Position numbers and translations under genes: made by a program. A DNA stretch of 63,643 nt, filler included, from Octopus bimaculoides (lineage: Eukaryota): the NCBI RefSeq assembly GCF_001194135.2. It is 5 parts of 4 records of this genome, joined end to end, with 100 filler letters (N's around TTAATTAATTAA, not from the genome) between each part and the next. Parts side by side here need not be neighbours in the genome. Positions count along the whole stretch, not along the records: positions 17,938 to 40,510 come from NC_068990.1; 4 more parts are not named here. One strand, written 5' to 3'. The notes under the pieces were generated by a model. It saw nothing but the letters and a program-made list of their open reading frames with translations. It made no database searches and was not told where the DNA came from. This document shows, one piece after another, positions 24,041 to 37,241 of the stretch; position 1 is the stretch's first letter; each line of letters opens with the position of its first letter.

Positions 24041-24187
24041 CAGAGGTTGGACAAAATAATGGAAGCGCCTTAAAATTTCAAACAAATTTATTTTAATATA
24101 GGGTAGGATCGACTTTGGCAGTAATTACAGCTTGAATTCTACGAGATATGGATTCGTAGAAAGTTTGAGTAAGTAATAGACTTTCAA
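24041..24187. mobile_element. Tc1-like transposon terminal fragment
   Basis: TA followed by CAGAGGTTGGACAAAATAATGGAA, a typical Tc1-like TIR start. Truncated by a SINE B tail. Confidence 0.55.
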
Positions 24188-24292
24188 AAATAAGTCCTAG
24201 GGTAGATTTGTACGACTAAAATCTCTCAAGGCGGTGCTCCAGCTTGGCCAGAGCCAAATGACTGAAACAAGTAAAAGAATAGAAGAATAAAA
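24188..24292 (+). mobile_element. SINE family B tail
   Basis: aataagtcctagggtagatttgtacgactaaa...ggcggtgctccagc...aatgactgaaacaagtaaaagaa. Confidence 0.75.
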
Positions 24293-24294
24293 GC

Positions 24295-24326
<32 letters not shown>

Positions 24327-25382
24327 NNNNNNNNNNNNNNNNNNNNNNNNNNNNNNNNNNNNNNNNNNNNNNNNNNNNNNNNNNNNNNNNNNNNNNNNNN
24401 NNNNNNNNNNNNNNNNNNNNNNNNNNNNNNNNNNNNNNNNNATGAGTATATGCATATATACGGACAAGTATGTGCATACCTACATCTACCTGTATATATA
24501 GGTGCATATCTGGGTACAGGACGTTGCAAACAAAACGTAGACAAAAAATATAATAATAACCAGAGCACAGAAAACACACAGGCCACATAGAGAACATTTT
24601 CCTTCATCAGCTGCCACCATTCTAACACAGGCGTTTCGAAGAGTTAGGGCAGGACGCATCGTTAAAATGGCTCTTCCCACGGACCACAAATTAAATTTGT
24701 ACCATGGAGGAATGTAATGGCGGACAGAAAACAAGGCAGGAAAACAAACGGAAAAGGCTATATGGCCAGACGTGAAAAATTATGTGTACATTGAACGTTG
24801 TGAATCAACGAACTGGAAGGAAGCGGGACGAAGTAGGTTCGTATGTTTGCTTGGCGATAGCCAAGGAAGAAAAGAATTAGTAGCTGGACACATGTGACCA
24901 GCGAGGGGTAAGGAGAAAGAGTGGTAGAGGGAGAAAAAAGGGGAGGAAGTAGAAAATAGGTGAACAACGAGAGAAAGAGAGGAAAGAGAGATATAGTAGT
25001 AACAAAAGGAAGAACGAGAGGGGAAAAGAGAGAGTATAGTAGTAACAGAAGGAAGAACGAGAGGGGGTGGGAAAGATACACAGATAGACAGAGTCGCGTC
25101 AGAAAATATAAAGTTCAAAACTTACTTGCAGATATGACGCGTGCGTTCGATCATGTAAAACAAATAATAAATGAGTATTTGCATATATACGTACAAGTAT
25201 GTGCGTATTTATATATTATGTAATTTAGAGTGTATCTTCCATAGAACTCAATAGATGGTTTAAAATAGACAGATGCATTCATACATACACACATACATAA
25301 AATATATACATATATGCATGTGTCTGTATATTTGTGTATGTATATGTGTGTATGTACACGCAGAGTGTATGTGTGTGCCTTC

Positions 25383-25445
<63 letters not shown>

Positions 25446-25832
25446 GGCTCTTTTACCCCAATTTTTATTTTCTTTCTAGTACTTTCTTCTGTATCCGACG
25501 AACGGCCTTTTCTGAAACGTTATACTTTCACTCTAGAATATTTACTGTAGAAATTCTTGCTTTCTTTGAGCGTCAAACTGTGAACTTTTTACAAAAAACT
25601 GTTACTCGGAGTATTCAAATACACAAANNNNNNNNNNNNNNNNNNNNNNNNNNNNNNNNNNNNNNNNNNNNNNNNNNNNNNNNNNNNNNNNNNNNNNNNN
25701 NNNNNNNNNNNNNNNNNNNNNNNNNNNNNNNNNNNNNNNNNNNNNNNNNNNNNNNNNNNNNNNNNNNNNNNNNNNNNNNNNNNNNNNNNNNNNNNNNNNN
25801 NNNNNNNNNNNNNNNNNNNNNNNNNNTATGAG

Positions 25833-25863
<31 letters not shown>

Positions 25864-26619
25864 TAATATTAATATTTAGTTGCAGTAACAAAGTGACTCA
25901 AAGCTGGAGAGTTTCGTGCGTTGGCACACAAAAATCCATATTATGCAATGTTACACAATATGACCAAACATTTGTGTTGTTTGTTTATGTGAGTGTGTGT
26001 GCGCGGCTACCTGTATGTGCATGTATTCGTGTGTGTTTGTGTGTGTGTTTGAGTCGATTCTTGTGTGTAGGGAAAATATGAGTATCCAAATTATTGTATT
26101 TTCTCTTAGCCTAAGAAACGTTTTGAATTTCCCAGACTATGATGAAGACCAATATTCTATGCAATTCATAAGGAGTTTTCTGAAGTTGAAGCTTTTATTC
26201 TGTACGAGAGAGAAAAGTAGGTGTTCTTTAGAGACGTGGCTCTGGGGTATCGGGACCAGTTACAATATTTAGAGTATGAATTATAAAATAAAACATACTA
26301 GAAAAAAGTATTATAATACAAGAGAGACAGAAGGAAGTTAAATATAAAAATGAGACTGATATAGGGATGGCTGGCTAGAGAAGGTATGAGAGAGTAGGAG
26401 AGTATGAAGTCTGTCTATTGAAATTCAGAGAGGAGTAGTGGAGGGTTTAGAAACGTGAGAGAAGTAGAAATCGTTTTATTAGGAGTGAGGAAGTCCAGGT
26501 TTAGGTGTGGAGGTTGGTTGGATAAAGACTTGTATATCAGGCACACAGCGTTTAATGGGATGCTATTCAGTGTATATGTGTATATATGTGTGTTAATATG
26601 TGTGTGTGAGTGCACGTAT

Positions 26620-27046
26620 ATGTCTTGACTGTCCAGTCTACGTGTGTGTGAGTGTGGACTGACAAGTGTAATTGCATGCATATAGGCTGACCAATGTAAG
26701 TGCGTGTGTATTGACTGTTCACTGTAAGCTTTGTATGCGTGCATGTGTGTGTGTGTGTGTGTGCGTGTGAGTGTGTGTGTGTGTTTGTATTTGTTGAGTG
26801 ACTAAATATGTCTGCGTAGACTGACCAGTGTATGTGCGTGTAGAGGATCCAATCTAAATGTATGTGAGTAGCCTTTCCAGTGTAAAAGTGAGTGTATAAA
26901 CTGTCTTCTCTTTGTGTGCAGATTCATTAGTGTATGTGTATACTCATGTAAACTGATACGTTTAAATGTGTGTTTGTAGATTTTCTTGTGTATGGGATTT
27001 TACATTGAACTGTGTACGTGTGAATGTGTGTGCGCCTTTGTGTGTA

Positions 27047-27087
<41 letters not shown>

Positions 27088-27575
27088 ATGTCTGTATGCA
27101 ATCTGACCAATCTATGTAAATGAGTCTGTACACTGATCGGTCTAAATGTGTGTATGTGGGGGTATCTGTATGTGTGTATGTTAGACTATTCTGTGTAAGT
27201 GCTTGTGTGTATGTCTGTATGTGTTTATGTGTGTGTGTAGACTGACTATCGTGCATATATGCTGCGTGGCCTGTCCAGCGTAATTTTGTGTGTGTACACT
27301 GACCAATATAAGTGTGTATGCCTGTGCCCGTATATAGAATATCTTCTATAATATTCGTGTGCGCGCGCGTGCGTGTGCATTGTCCATTGTGTGTGCGTTT
27401 GTGTGTGACTGTTTTTGTAGCCTAATTAGGGTATGCGTGAGAGTACGTCAGTATTCGTGTGAGTACGTCAGTACGCGTGTGAGTACGTGTGTTGAATTCG
27501 CTCTGTAAGTATGTTTGTGTGTCTAGACAATCCAGTATAAGTGTGTATGTGCGCATAGTGACCAATGTGTGTGAG
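26620..27575. repeat. Cryptic minisatellite: recurring (g/c)actgaccaat-like motif within (TG)-rich spacers
   Basis: More than ten degenerate units, e.g. gactgtccagt 26627, gactgacaagt 26657, ggctgaccaat 26685, gactgaccagt 26819, atctgaccaat 27101, cactgaccaatataagtgtgtatg 27297, gacaatccagtataagtgtgtatg 27526. Confidence 0.7.
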
Positions 27576-27587
27576 TATGTGTGTGTA

Positions 27588-27627
<40 letters not shown>

Positions 27628-28410
27628 TACGTAACAAATATTTCCTTTCATGGTTATCTGATAATTTACTGGCTCACTGGGTATATCCAGTTTCTGTGGT
27701 TCTGGATACAAACACGTGGCGAGGATACAAGTTAATTCCAGGTATTCGCTGTTTCATTCTAGATCAGGACCGGTGGAACCAAATCTTAAGAGGCTCCAAA
27801 CAGAGTATTCACTCTTTTAATGGACACAATATACGCAGGATTGGCACAGGCTGTAGGTAGACTTGTTTTTCATCGTTCTGGTCAGTCATTAGGCGAAGAA
27901 ACAGAATTCAAATCAGCCCAGTTATTCACCTGAAAAACCTTTGAAATCTGCGGTTTTGTCATAGTCAGGAGATCATGGTGGTTGTGGAATTTTATATATG
28001 TTTATATGCCATGTGGAAAAAGAAATATAAATTAGCAGTGCCTGCAGATACCTTCACTCCAGTACGATAGGTGCAATTTTATTGTGAATCCTCATGTTAT
28101 TACCGTTGCAGACTGGTGAGTACACAGTAAATTTCGATTGTTTTTCATAAATATATTGATCTCACAGATTCATACGTTCGAACACATTCACCCAGATACA
28201 TTTGACCATTTTTGCCACCACATCAATATATCAACATTATCCTCTCACACAGATTCACGAATACACAACACGTCTGTAATAAACAAAAGTGATCTTAGAG
28301 TGAAATCAACATTCTTATAAATCTATGGAATTGTCTTTCCCTAACTAAAAACATAGATGCTACATGTCTGAATTATATTGCCGAAAGGATATTCCAGCTG
28401 TTCAATAACC

Positions 28411-28599
28411 GTCTGTGTTTGTCCCCCCCAGCTGGTGTGTTTACGTCCCCGTAACTTAGCAGTTCGGCAAAATAGACCGATAGAATAAGTACTAGGCTTC
28501 CAAAGAATAAGTCCTGGGGTCGATTTGCTCGACAATAAAGGCGGTGCTCCAGCATGGCCGAAGTCAAACGACTGAAACAAGTAAAAGAGTATAAAAGAG
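28411..28599 (+). mobile_element. SINE family B tail
   Basis: gtttacgtccccgtaacttagc...agaataagtactaggc...ggcggtgctccagcatggcc...actgaaacaagtaaaagag. Confidence 0.85.
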
Positions 28600-28679
28600 C
28601 ATGCATTTTCTCCAACAACAATAACAACAACAACAATAAGAAAAAACGATGACGACGACAAAAACATGAACATGATCAG

Positions 28680-31600
28680 TAGCTGCTGTCACTCCTCAAT
28701 CCTAACACAATTGATGACGTATTAAACTCCACAATCAACGTCACCTCACAAGTTCATCTATCCACATTCCTCATTTCCTCAGGATATCACAACTAACCCT
28801 TCATCATCCCAACTGCCATCATGCTCTACAGCTACTAACATTATCACCACCAAACAATAACAACAATAAAATCAACAGCCAAGTCACACCTTAATACTAA
28901 TGCAATTCATGACCTATTGAACTACACAGGGTCTGAAATTCCTCACTTTCCCCAGAATAACACAAGATATTCATCATCACTATCGTCATCCTGTTAGCAC
29001 AGCTACTATTCCAATTAGTGAAGAGTCACTTCCACTGTCCACCTCAATCTGAATGTATTTCCTCACAGCTCCATGATAAATTTGCCATCTGTAAAAAAAG
29101 TAAAATCGACGAATACATGAAACACAAAAATATGCCACTATTCTCAACTTGAGAGACAAGGCATACACAGTGACCGTAACTGCACCCATTTATCTGGGAC
29201 AAAACGCATAATTCGTACAAGCAACACTAGTCAGTGCCAAAGCATATGTCTCCCACTACCACCACCAAATACGAAATCAAACTTCTTCGCATGTAACCCA
29301 GAATCCTAAAATCTGCCGCTATTCCTAGTGCGAGAGATTATGTCTGAAACGTGATTGTCCGTTCACTAATCTTCCAGGGACTCGACGCACGATTAAAGGT
29401 TATGAGTCCAAGCCACCATCAAATACTCAGCAAAAGCATTCCTTATAGTGGCAGTATTGGTCCAGACTTTTCCCGAAACTCAGAAGTCACTCAGACATCC
29501 ACCGAGTCCAACAGTAAAATCAACAGCCACAAACCAGAAAGTCATAACTATATCCAGCAGTCCAGTCATAACAAATCCAGACACCAAATTCTTCCAAAAT
29601 AAAGAAAATTCACGTCCCTGGCCAAGATGAATCTGGCAAAAGAAAACCAAAGAACCTTTTAGCTCTTACACCTCAGTGCACACACCATTGCTGTCATTAA
29701 CCTACAAGCCCAACTCAATAATAATGTTGACTGCAAAAGGTCTTTCACACTTCACAGATCGAAGAAAAGTATCATAGCTTAGAGACCTTGGACACAGAGA
29801 AAAGCCAATATGTGTAGCACTAAATGAAACCCACCAGACTCCAGATATATTAAATGTGGAAGTACATAAGCCAGGTTATGTTCTACACAGAACTGTCCGC
29901 AGGATACGGAAAGAAGCAGCGCTCTTTCCTATTCCACCACACTGTGTGATGTACTAATAATGAATGTGGTCGGCCTCAATTTGATTGTAGGCATTCCCTA
30001 CCGTACTCCTGATGCGACAAACCACAGAGATGACTTGAAGGATGTTATGTCAGTCATAAATCAAACCCCAAGTGAGGTCAGTCAGCTCACAGGCCAATGC
30101 ACTTTTAACAGGCAAATTTTATTTCCCTAATCTCAACTGGCTTTTGGGCTATGTTCAATCTGGAACTAAACAACAGGAGAACGTTCTCCTCGATACCGAT
30201 AAAGACTTCTCCACGCAAAAAGATATTACCTCTCTAACTAGGCGAAATACATTACTCGACTTAGTCTCTACCACCAATGAAAACTTCATTCACAATGGTC
30301 AGGTCATTCCAATAGCTATTTCCGATCACAGCATTATACAATTATCAGTATATGGTTCAAATAGAGCAACACACACAAATGACATCGAACATAATTCACT
30401 CCTCATGAACTTAAATTTCAGGAATGAAGTCGAAATTAAAATCCTCAAAACACACTGGTCTCAGCATATAGACAAACTCAATGTTATCGAGGGAACGAAG
30501 TTTCCGTACGAAGAGTTAATGAAAATCTGTCGAAAGCATATCCTATATAAACTTGCACATTCCTGTAAGAAACTGATTCCACAAGATAGACGGATACTAA
30601 TGCGTAACAAAACAAAACTAACAAAGAATCTAAAGAAGAAAAAAATGAACAAAGCTCTCTCAACAGATGAAATTGCGAAAAAAAAAAATACGAGAATAGA
30701 AAAAGGAGAATAGAAAAACATTGATTTGAACCTAAAAATATCTTATGGAAAAGAAACTTTGTTGAAGGAGCACCGAACAATTCGTTTTCCCACTTTGCTA
30801 AACAAGTCATCTACACATAACCAGATTGGCCCTCTAATAGACCAAAATGGATCATATACTAATGAGTCACCTTCTCAGTCCAAATCCAACAAAATACTAC
30901 ATAATACAAACAAATTCTTTGATCTCCAGATTTCAATTGCAGAGTCTCGTCTAGTGATTTAATGATATTACAGATGTTATACTTACAGCTATTAATGACC
31001 TAGATTCAAACTCAGCATCTGGACCAGATGGTCTCCCAACTATATTGCTCAAAACGTGCAAAAACAGCCTCGCCAAGCAATTAAAGATGCTATTTCAAAA
31101 GCCGCTAGATACCGGCATATTCCCAGAGATACTGAAAGACGCAGTAGTAACACCTATACACAAAAGAGATAGCAGGGCAGTTCCTCTCACATCTCGCACA
31201 TCTAAAATTGTCGAATGTGTTGTCCAAAAAGAATAATGACGTACTTTTTAGGAAAACAACCTCTTAGATACTACACAACATGATTTTCGGATTGGACGAC
31301 GTTGCCTGTCACAACTATTACAGCACCATAACACTTTTCTCAATAATCTCTTGAGAGGAATGAACACTGCATATTCCTTGAATTTGCTAAAGCGCCAGAC
31401 AAGTTGATCATGGAATCATCAGTCATAGGCTAAGAGATCTTGGTATCACAAGAAAACTCGGAGAATGGCTCTTTGACTTCTTATGTGGTAGGAATCAATT
31501 TGCTGTTGCAAATGGTTTTCTCTCTGCAAAGTCACTTGTAGAAAATGATGTACCTCAAGACATGGTTCTAGGACCATTATAATTTATCATCATCCTGCCA

Positions 31601-32120
31601 AGCACAAGCTCACAAGTGAATTCCTCCAACCTGACGAGCTACGCCGATGATAAAAAAATATCGATGGCTATCAAAACTCCAAAATGAACTAAACTTCATT
31701 TATCAATGGGTAGATAAAAGCAATATGAAATTTAATTCATTAAAATTTCAGGTTCTGCTTTACGGAGAGAATACACACCAATCACATTATTTGACTGCAG
31801 ATAACATAATGATTCAGAGCACTACTCACATACGAAGCTTAGGAGTAATCCTGTCAAATGATGCATCTTTCCTCACCCACATTACCAAACTGAACTCTAA
31901 ATTCAGACATCTCATCAGATAGATCCAAAGGACATTCGTGACAAGAGAACCGGTTGTTATACTGAATCTATGGAAAATCTTAGTTCTGAACAGACAAGCT
32001 TACTGATCACAGCTTTGGTCTCTGAACTCATCCGGTCTCATATAAGAGACTGAAGGGTTACAAAGAACGTTCACCAGTACAATAAATTCGGCTAAAATCT
32101 TTAATTATTGGAAAGACAGT
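28680..32120 (+). mobile_element. Near-full-length decayed LINE of the CR1/L2 group (ORF1 with Cys/His fingers; APE endonuclease and RT)
   Basis: EN motif TRRNTLLDLVSTTN...ISDHSII. RT motifs SASGPDGLP...GIFPEILKDAVVTPIHK, QHDFRIGRRCLSQLL, VPQDMVLGPL, SYADD, WVDKSNMKFNSLKFQVL. Many stops and frameshifts. Confidence 0.85.
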
Positions 32121-33858
32121 TGTATAGAGCCTCTTTTTCTTCCATAGGGTACACTATAACACTATAAACCAATGATACACTCAAGTTTACAGAGTGATAT
32201 CTCTTTACCAGCTGGTGAATCTACCCTGTCTATCATTAAAATGTTAAATGTTACGCAATACCAACGGCAAGATGCCAACCACCAATGGCAAAATGTATTG
32301 AACTACCCCTACTGGTTCCTCATTCTCCAATTCACTTGACTCTGTTTAGCTTAACTACAACAGTTCGAGATACTATTGCTTGGTTATTGCAGAACTTAAA
32401 AAAATATGGCACTTAGAGCTTTCGCTTAGAAAACAATACCACAGAGTGCATTTTCAATACAACATTTGGAATACTTGATTGATCTGTAGAGGAGATACGC
32501 TTGCTTGATACTAAAATCGGAAGGATCCTGATATAAACTTGATGATTTCATTGTAACAATGATAATGGGAAAAGCTCTATCTCAAAGGAAAAGTGAGCTG
32601 AAGTGGCTTAAAGTCGGTGCAGACTACCTTTGAGTGTTCAATAATATAACGCCGGTATTTTGTCCTCAAAGACAGCAAACGTAAAAATATCACTTTCATA
32701 CTTTAAATTGAACAGCATCTTACAGGTCGGTGGTGAATTCTTCGAGAAGTTCTCACTTCCTGTTTTCCTTCAGTGAAACCACAATATTACTAGAGAAGCG
32801 TAAGGCAAAAAGAAAGAAAGAAAGAAAGAAAAACGGCCCTAAAGAAAATCACTCTGTGCAGGGCAAAAAAAAGACTAAGTAAGGGGGGGTCTCCCCGAAA
32901 ACTTGAGGATGATAACTACATTAACAAGAAATATGGCCTCTTTTAGACACGTGCCTGTTACATTACGTCAAATTTCGAAGGGTATGCTTTTAAAATCTAA
33001 GAACAGGAGCTAGCTACAAGCTACCTAATGAACAAGAAAGAAATTGGTGATGGTTTATATAAAGATAGGTTTTTAACTTTAAGGTAGAGTCATATACACA
33101 GACGGAAACATAAATGCATACATATGCACACTCACAGATACACACACACACGCACACACTTTTTCACACACACACGCCTACGGATGTGTATGTACACATA
33201 GATACACACATACATATATACAAATATATATAAGTACATATATGAATATATATACTTACATATATACATACACACAAATGCATATACAAAAGACAGAGGG
33301 TGAAAGAGAATAAGAGAGATAGAAAGACACAAGGAAAAAAATGAGAGACTGCTGTAAATCTACAGCCATCACATCAGACTGATATATAAGACAAATAGAG
33401 AGTGATAATTGTGAAGATAGGGAAACAAAGAACCAAAAAACAAAACAAAATGAAAGGTTCTTGCAAATATCACAGATATAATTTAAAATGATATTGTTAT
33501 CAATTCATCTGAAGTAAGTTCGACCTATTTTTTCCAACAGTCCATCTGACCTTCATGCTGAGTGGTTGCCACACGAACCGATAGTTCTAATGGTGTACAC
33601 TTTGCCGGAATAGAAATGCTGTGATGCATCTATTTATCTATCACTCTATCTATCCATCTATTTCTCAAAGAAAATATTATCTCTTTATCAGTCTGTCTGT
33701 CTATCTATCTCTCTATTTGTCATTTTGCTTCTACGCTTGTCCCTATACCGTCATGTCCCTTTTGCAAAATATAGCTGAAATATGCGTGTGTCTACACACA
33801 CACACAGACGCATACACACACACACACATACATACATACATATATACATACATATGTA

Positions 33859-33890
<32 letters not shown>

Positions 33891-34070
33891 CGTGGGTATA
33901 TACATGCTTACATTTGTATGCATATATAAACATACAAACATACATACACACACACACACNNNNNNNNNNNNNNNNNNNNNNNNNNNNNNNNNNNNNNNNN
34001 NNNNNNNNNNNNNNNNNNNNNNNNNNNNNNNNNNNNNNNNNNNNNNNNNNNNNNNNNNNNNNNNNNNNNN

Positions 34071-34123
<53 letters not shown>

Positions 34124-34388
34124 GTGTCTATATGAATATATGCAAATATATACACACACCTATACTAAGATAAAACAAAGAAAGAAAAAGCAAGTACACA
34201 AATAAATATATACATACGTACATACATACACAAATACAAGCATACGTATGTACATACATACAAACATATGACGTTGTGTGTCCAGACGTTACATCCAGAC
34301 AGAAAATCAGGACAAAATTGCCGAATTATGAAATCATCTGACAAACACAAACACAGACGAACAGAGAGAACGGACAGAGACAGACCGT

Positions 34389-34441
<53 letters not shown>

Positions 34442-35380
34442 ACGAACGGACAGACAGACAGGCAGACCGATCGACAGACAGGCAAGACAGAGCCAAAATA
34501 TGAAAAAAAAATATTAAGGAAGAAAACGTACAAGAAAACAATAAATAGAAGAAAACAAAATAGTCAGATGGCGCGAAATATATGATGGCTTTGGTCATGT
34601 GACCAGACAGCTATGGAGTATTTTCTTTTGTTGTTTTGTGAATTTTTGTTATTTGTATTATTAATATTATTAATAAAAATAATATTGTTGTTGTCATTAT
34701 TATTAATATTATTTTGCTCTTTCTTGTACTTTGGATTGCAAGAACAACAACAACAACAAGAAACAAACAAACAAGATGTCTGCCTAACTGGCTCCTCTTT
34801 TGTTTTACTTTTAGCTTCCTACCCTTACTTCCTATCCTTCCCCCCACCCCTAACCCCAACCAACACCACCACCGCCACCACCGACACATTTACTGTTACC
34901 AACGCTTCCTCCAAAGTCATAGTCCTCCTCGCCACCATCACTACTATCACCTCCTCCTCCTCCTCCGACTCCGCCATCGTTGGATCTCACTTGCAGTTTT
35001 CGCCATGTTTAATATAGGAAATGTTACAAAGGAAGCCTTTACTTATGTCAGTCTATCTTTTCTAGTTTCAATGTAGCCGACATTGCTGTCTGTCCTCTTA
35101 AGTTCCCGCATCCCTTCCTTGTCTGTGACGCAAGCGGGATGGCCAGGGCATTTTAGGGTATGAGTCGGTGTAGAGTCTATATGTGTGAAGGGAAGGTAAT
35201 GCGTGTGCATGTCTATATAAGTCTGTGTACGTGTGTATGTATATGTGTATGTACGTGTATATGGCACAAATACATATTAACGCTTCTGTGTTTACATATA
35301 TATATGTATATGTATGTATAAATATATATATTTGTGTGTGTATGTATGCATATATTTATATGTATGCATATATGTATATA

Positions 35381-35411
<31 letters not shown>

Positions 35412-35972
35412 GTGTATATTCGTGTGTGTCTCTTTATGTCCGTCCGTGTGTGACCATGTGTATGCGTATGTGACCATATGTGTGTGTGTGTGTGTGTGTG
35501 TGTGCGGGTGTGGGTGTGTGTGTGTGGGTGTATGTGTGTGCTGAATTAGCTAAGAAGTGATGGGTGCCGGAGGAGGTGAGGAGGAACGGTGATGGTAATG
35601 CTAAAGGAGGTGGGTGGTGTCTTAAAGAGAAGATGTGACGAAAGCAAAACGGGAGGATAAATAAAAAATAATCCCAACATAATAAAAAGAAAAGGGAGAA
35701 AAATAATTAAAAAAGAACATAAAACTGAAAAATATGAATAAAACAAAAAAAAGCACAAAACAAGGGAGAATTTGTAATATGGCGGACACAAAGGAGTAAG
35801 GATGGTATTGAGAATGTGGGTGAGGAGTCTAGTGGTGGTGGTGGTGATGGTTGTAGCGGTGGTGATGGTATTGATGGTCATAGCAATTGTGATGGTTGTG
35901 GAGTGAAAACAACGGCCATGCTATTTATTGATAATGGCGAAGATTGTGATGATAGTGGTGGTAAAATTGGTA

Positions 35973-36008
<36 letters not shown>

Positions 36009-36242
36009 CGAAGTCGCCGAGTCGGAGGTTGTGGTGGTGGTGGTGGTAATGATGGTGTGGGTGGTGATGGGGGAGGAGTGATGGTAATGGAAATGGTTGT
36101 GATGCTGGGAGTGCCGATGATGATTTTGGCGGTGTTATTGGGGAATGGCAGTAGTTGTGACGGCAATGGTGGTGATGGTAGGGGTCAATGAGATGGTAGG
36201 GTCGGGAATGGTGTGGTAAAGGTCACGCAATGTTGTATTGTT

Positions 36243-36420
36243 GTTTCTGTTTAGCCCTGGGTCAACTTTGATTAAACCGTGACCATCCCATCCTTATTAG
36301 TCAGAAACAGTGTATTTAAGTCTCCATTATCCAACATTTCCTTTCATAGGGGCGACTTGAGGGATATTTAGTTACTATTTCTAACCGTTCAAACGATCTG
36401 TTAGAATCTTCCTATGGTGG
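36243..36420 (+). mobile_element. Interspersed repeat family D (unclassified non-autonomous element)
   Basis: tttagccctgggtcaactttgatt...gaccatccc...cattatccaac...gagggatatttagttactatttctaac. Related copies at 10655-10775, 36597-36810, 44410-44575, 54705-55110, 58800-58880, 60625-60800 and 62870-63058 (minus). Confidence 0.6.
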
Positions 36421-36935
36421 TGTTAGTCATGATGATGGCATTTGTGATAATAGTGGTGGTGGTGGTGGTGGCGCCGGCGGTGCGATGGTTTGGTTGAGGT
36501 GGTGAAATAGGTGGTGAATGAAGGTGTCGCTATGGTCTGTCTAGATGACCATTGTATGTCTGGCTATAGATGACCATTGTAAATCTAGCTATTGTTGATT
36601 AGCCCCAGGTCAGCCCTGGGGCTAAACAATAACGATAAACACCTATGATCAAAACCGTCCCATGAAATATTATCCCGCCTCTTTGTGAAAACATAGTATA
36701 AAGTGGACACTTAATCGAATGTAAATCATTTGGTAAGATGTTAGGAAGTGGTTTGAGGAAGATTTTGCTGCTATTTCTAGCAGATCAAGTGTCCATATAG
36801 AGGCATAATGGCAGCTGTTTTTGTTTAACACTAAGTTAGCACTTATTCAACACGTATGATCAAATAAATCCAACCACGACCATCTCATTTTTTGCATTCG
36901 CTGGGATTCCAGAATACATCTAATTTAACATTTAC

Positions 36936-37017
36936 TTTGTTTTCTAAAACCAGTGGGTTGTGATTTGAGGGCGATTTGACTCCTATTTCGTTTTGGATTC
37001 CTCTTTGGTTCAATGCG
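36936..37017 (-). CDS. Candidate orphan internal exon
   Basis: Long pyrimidine tract then cacgatag|C; donor CAAA|gtaaat. Reads ALNQRGIQNEIGVKSPSNHNPLVLENK. No homolog recognised. Confidence 0.2.
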
Positions 37018-37150
37018 CTATCGTGTTGGTATTGGGTGAAGAAGATGGAGAAATACAAGAGAGGAGATGGAAGGATGGTGTGTGTGTGTGTGTGTGTGTG
37101 TGCGAGAGAGAGAGAGAGAGAGATAGAGAGAGAGAAAGTAAGATACAGAG

Positions 37151-37203
37151 AGAGAAGCCCTGGGAGAGAGAGAGAAACCCTGGGAGAGAGAGAGAAACCC
37201 TGG

Positions 37204-37210
<7 letters not shown>
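37151..37210. repeat. Three tandem 20-bp units agagaaaccctgggagagag embedded in (GA)n
   Basis: Directly visible; the first unit has aagccc instead of aaaccc. Confidence 0.85.

Positions 37211-37241
<31 letters not shown>

Noticed and set aside
24590-24660. Minus-strand CTGATGA with an upstream CGAAAC (hammerhead ribozyme core?)
   Set aside because: Stem II lacks the G10.1-C11.1 pair, and no stem I/III arrangement with a cleavage triplet could be built.
26620-27575. Repeat-spacer layout superficially like a CRISPR array
   Set aside because: Eukaryotic DNA, degenerate repeats, low-complexity spacers of variable length and no cas genes.
28113-28116. 4-nt unit ACTG between ttaccgttgcag and gtgagt
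   Set aside because: It is not frame-preserving and no consistent partner exons were found.
34613-35017. 134-aa hydrophobic ORF MEYFLLLFCEF...
   Set aside because: Built from TTA/TTG/CCA-type low-complexity tracts; no domain or splice support.
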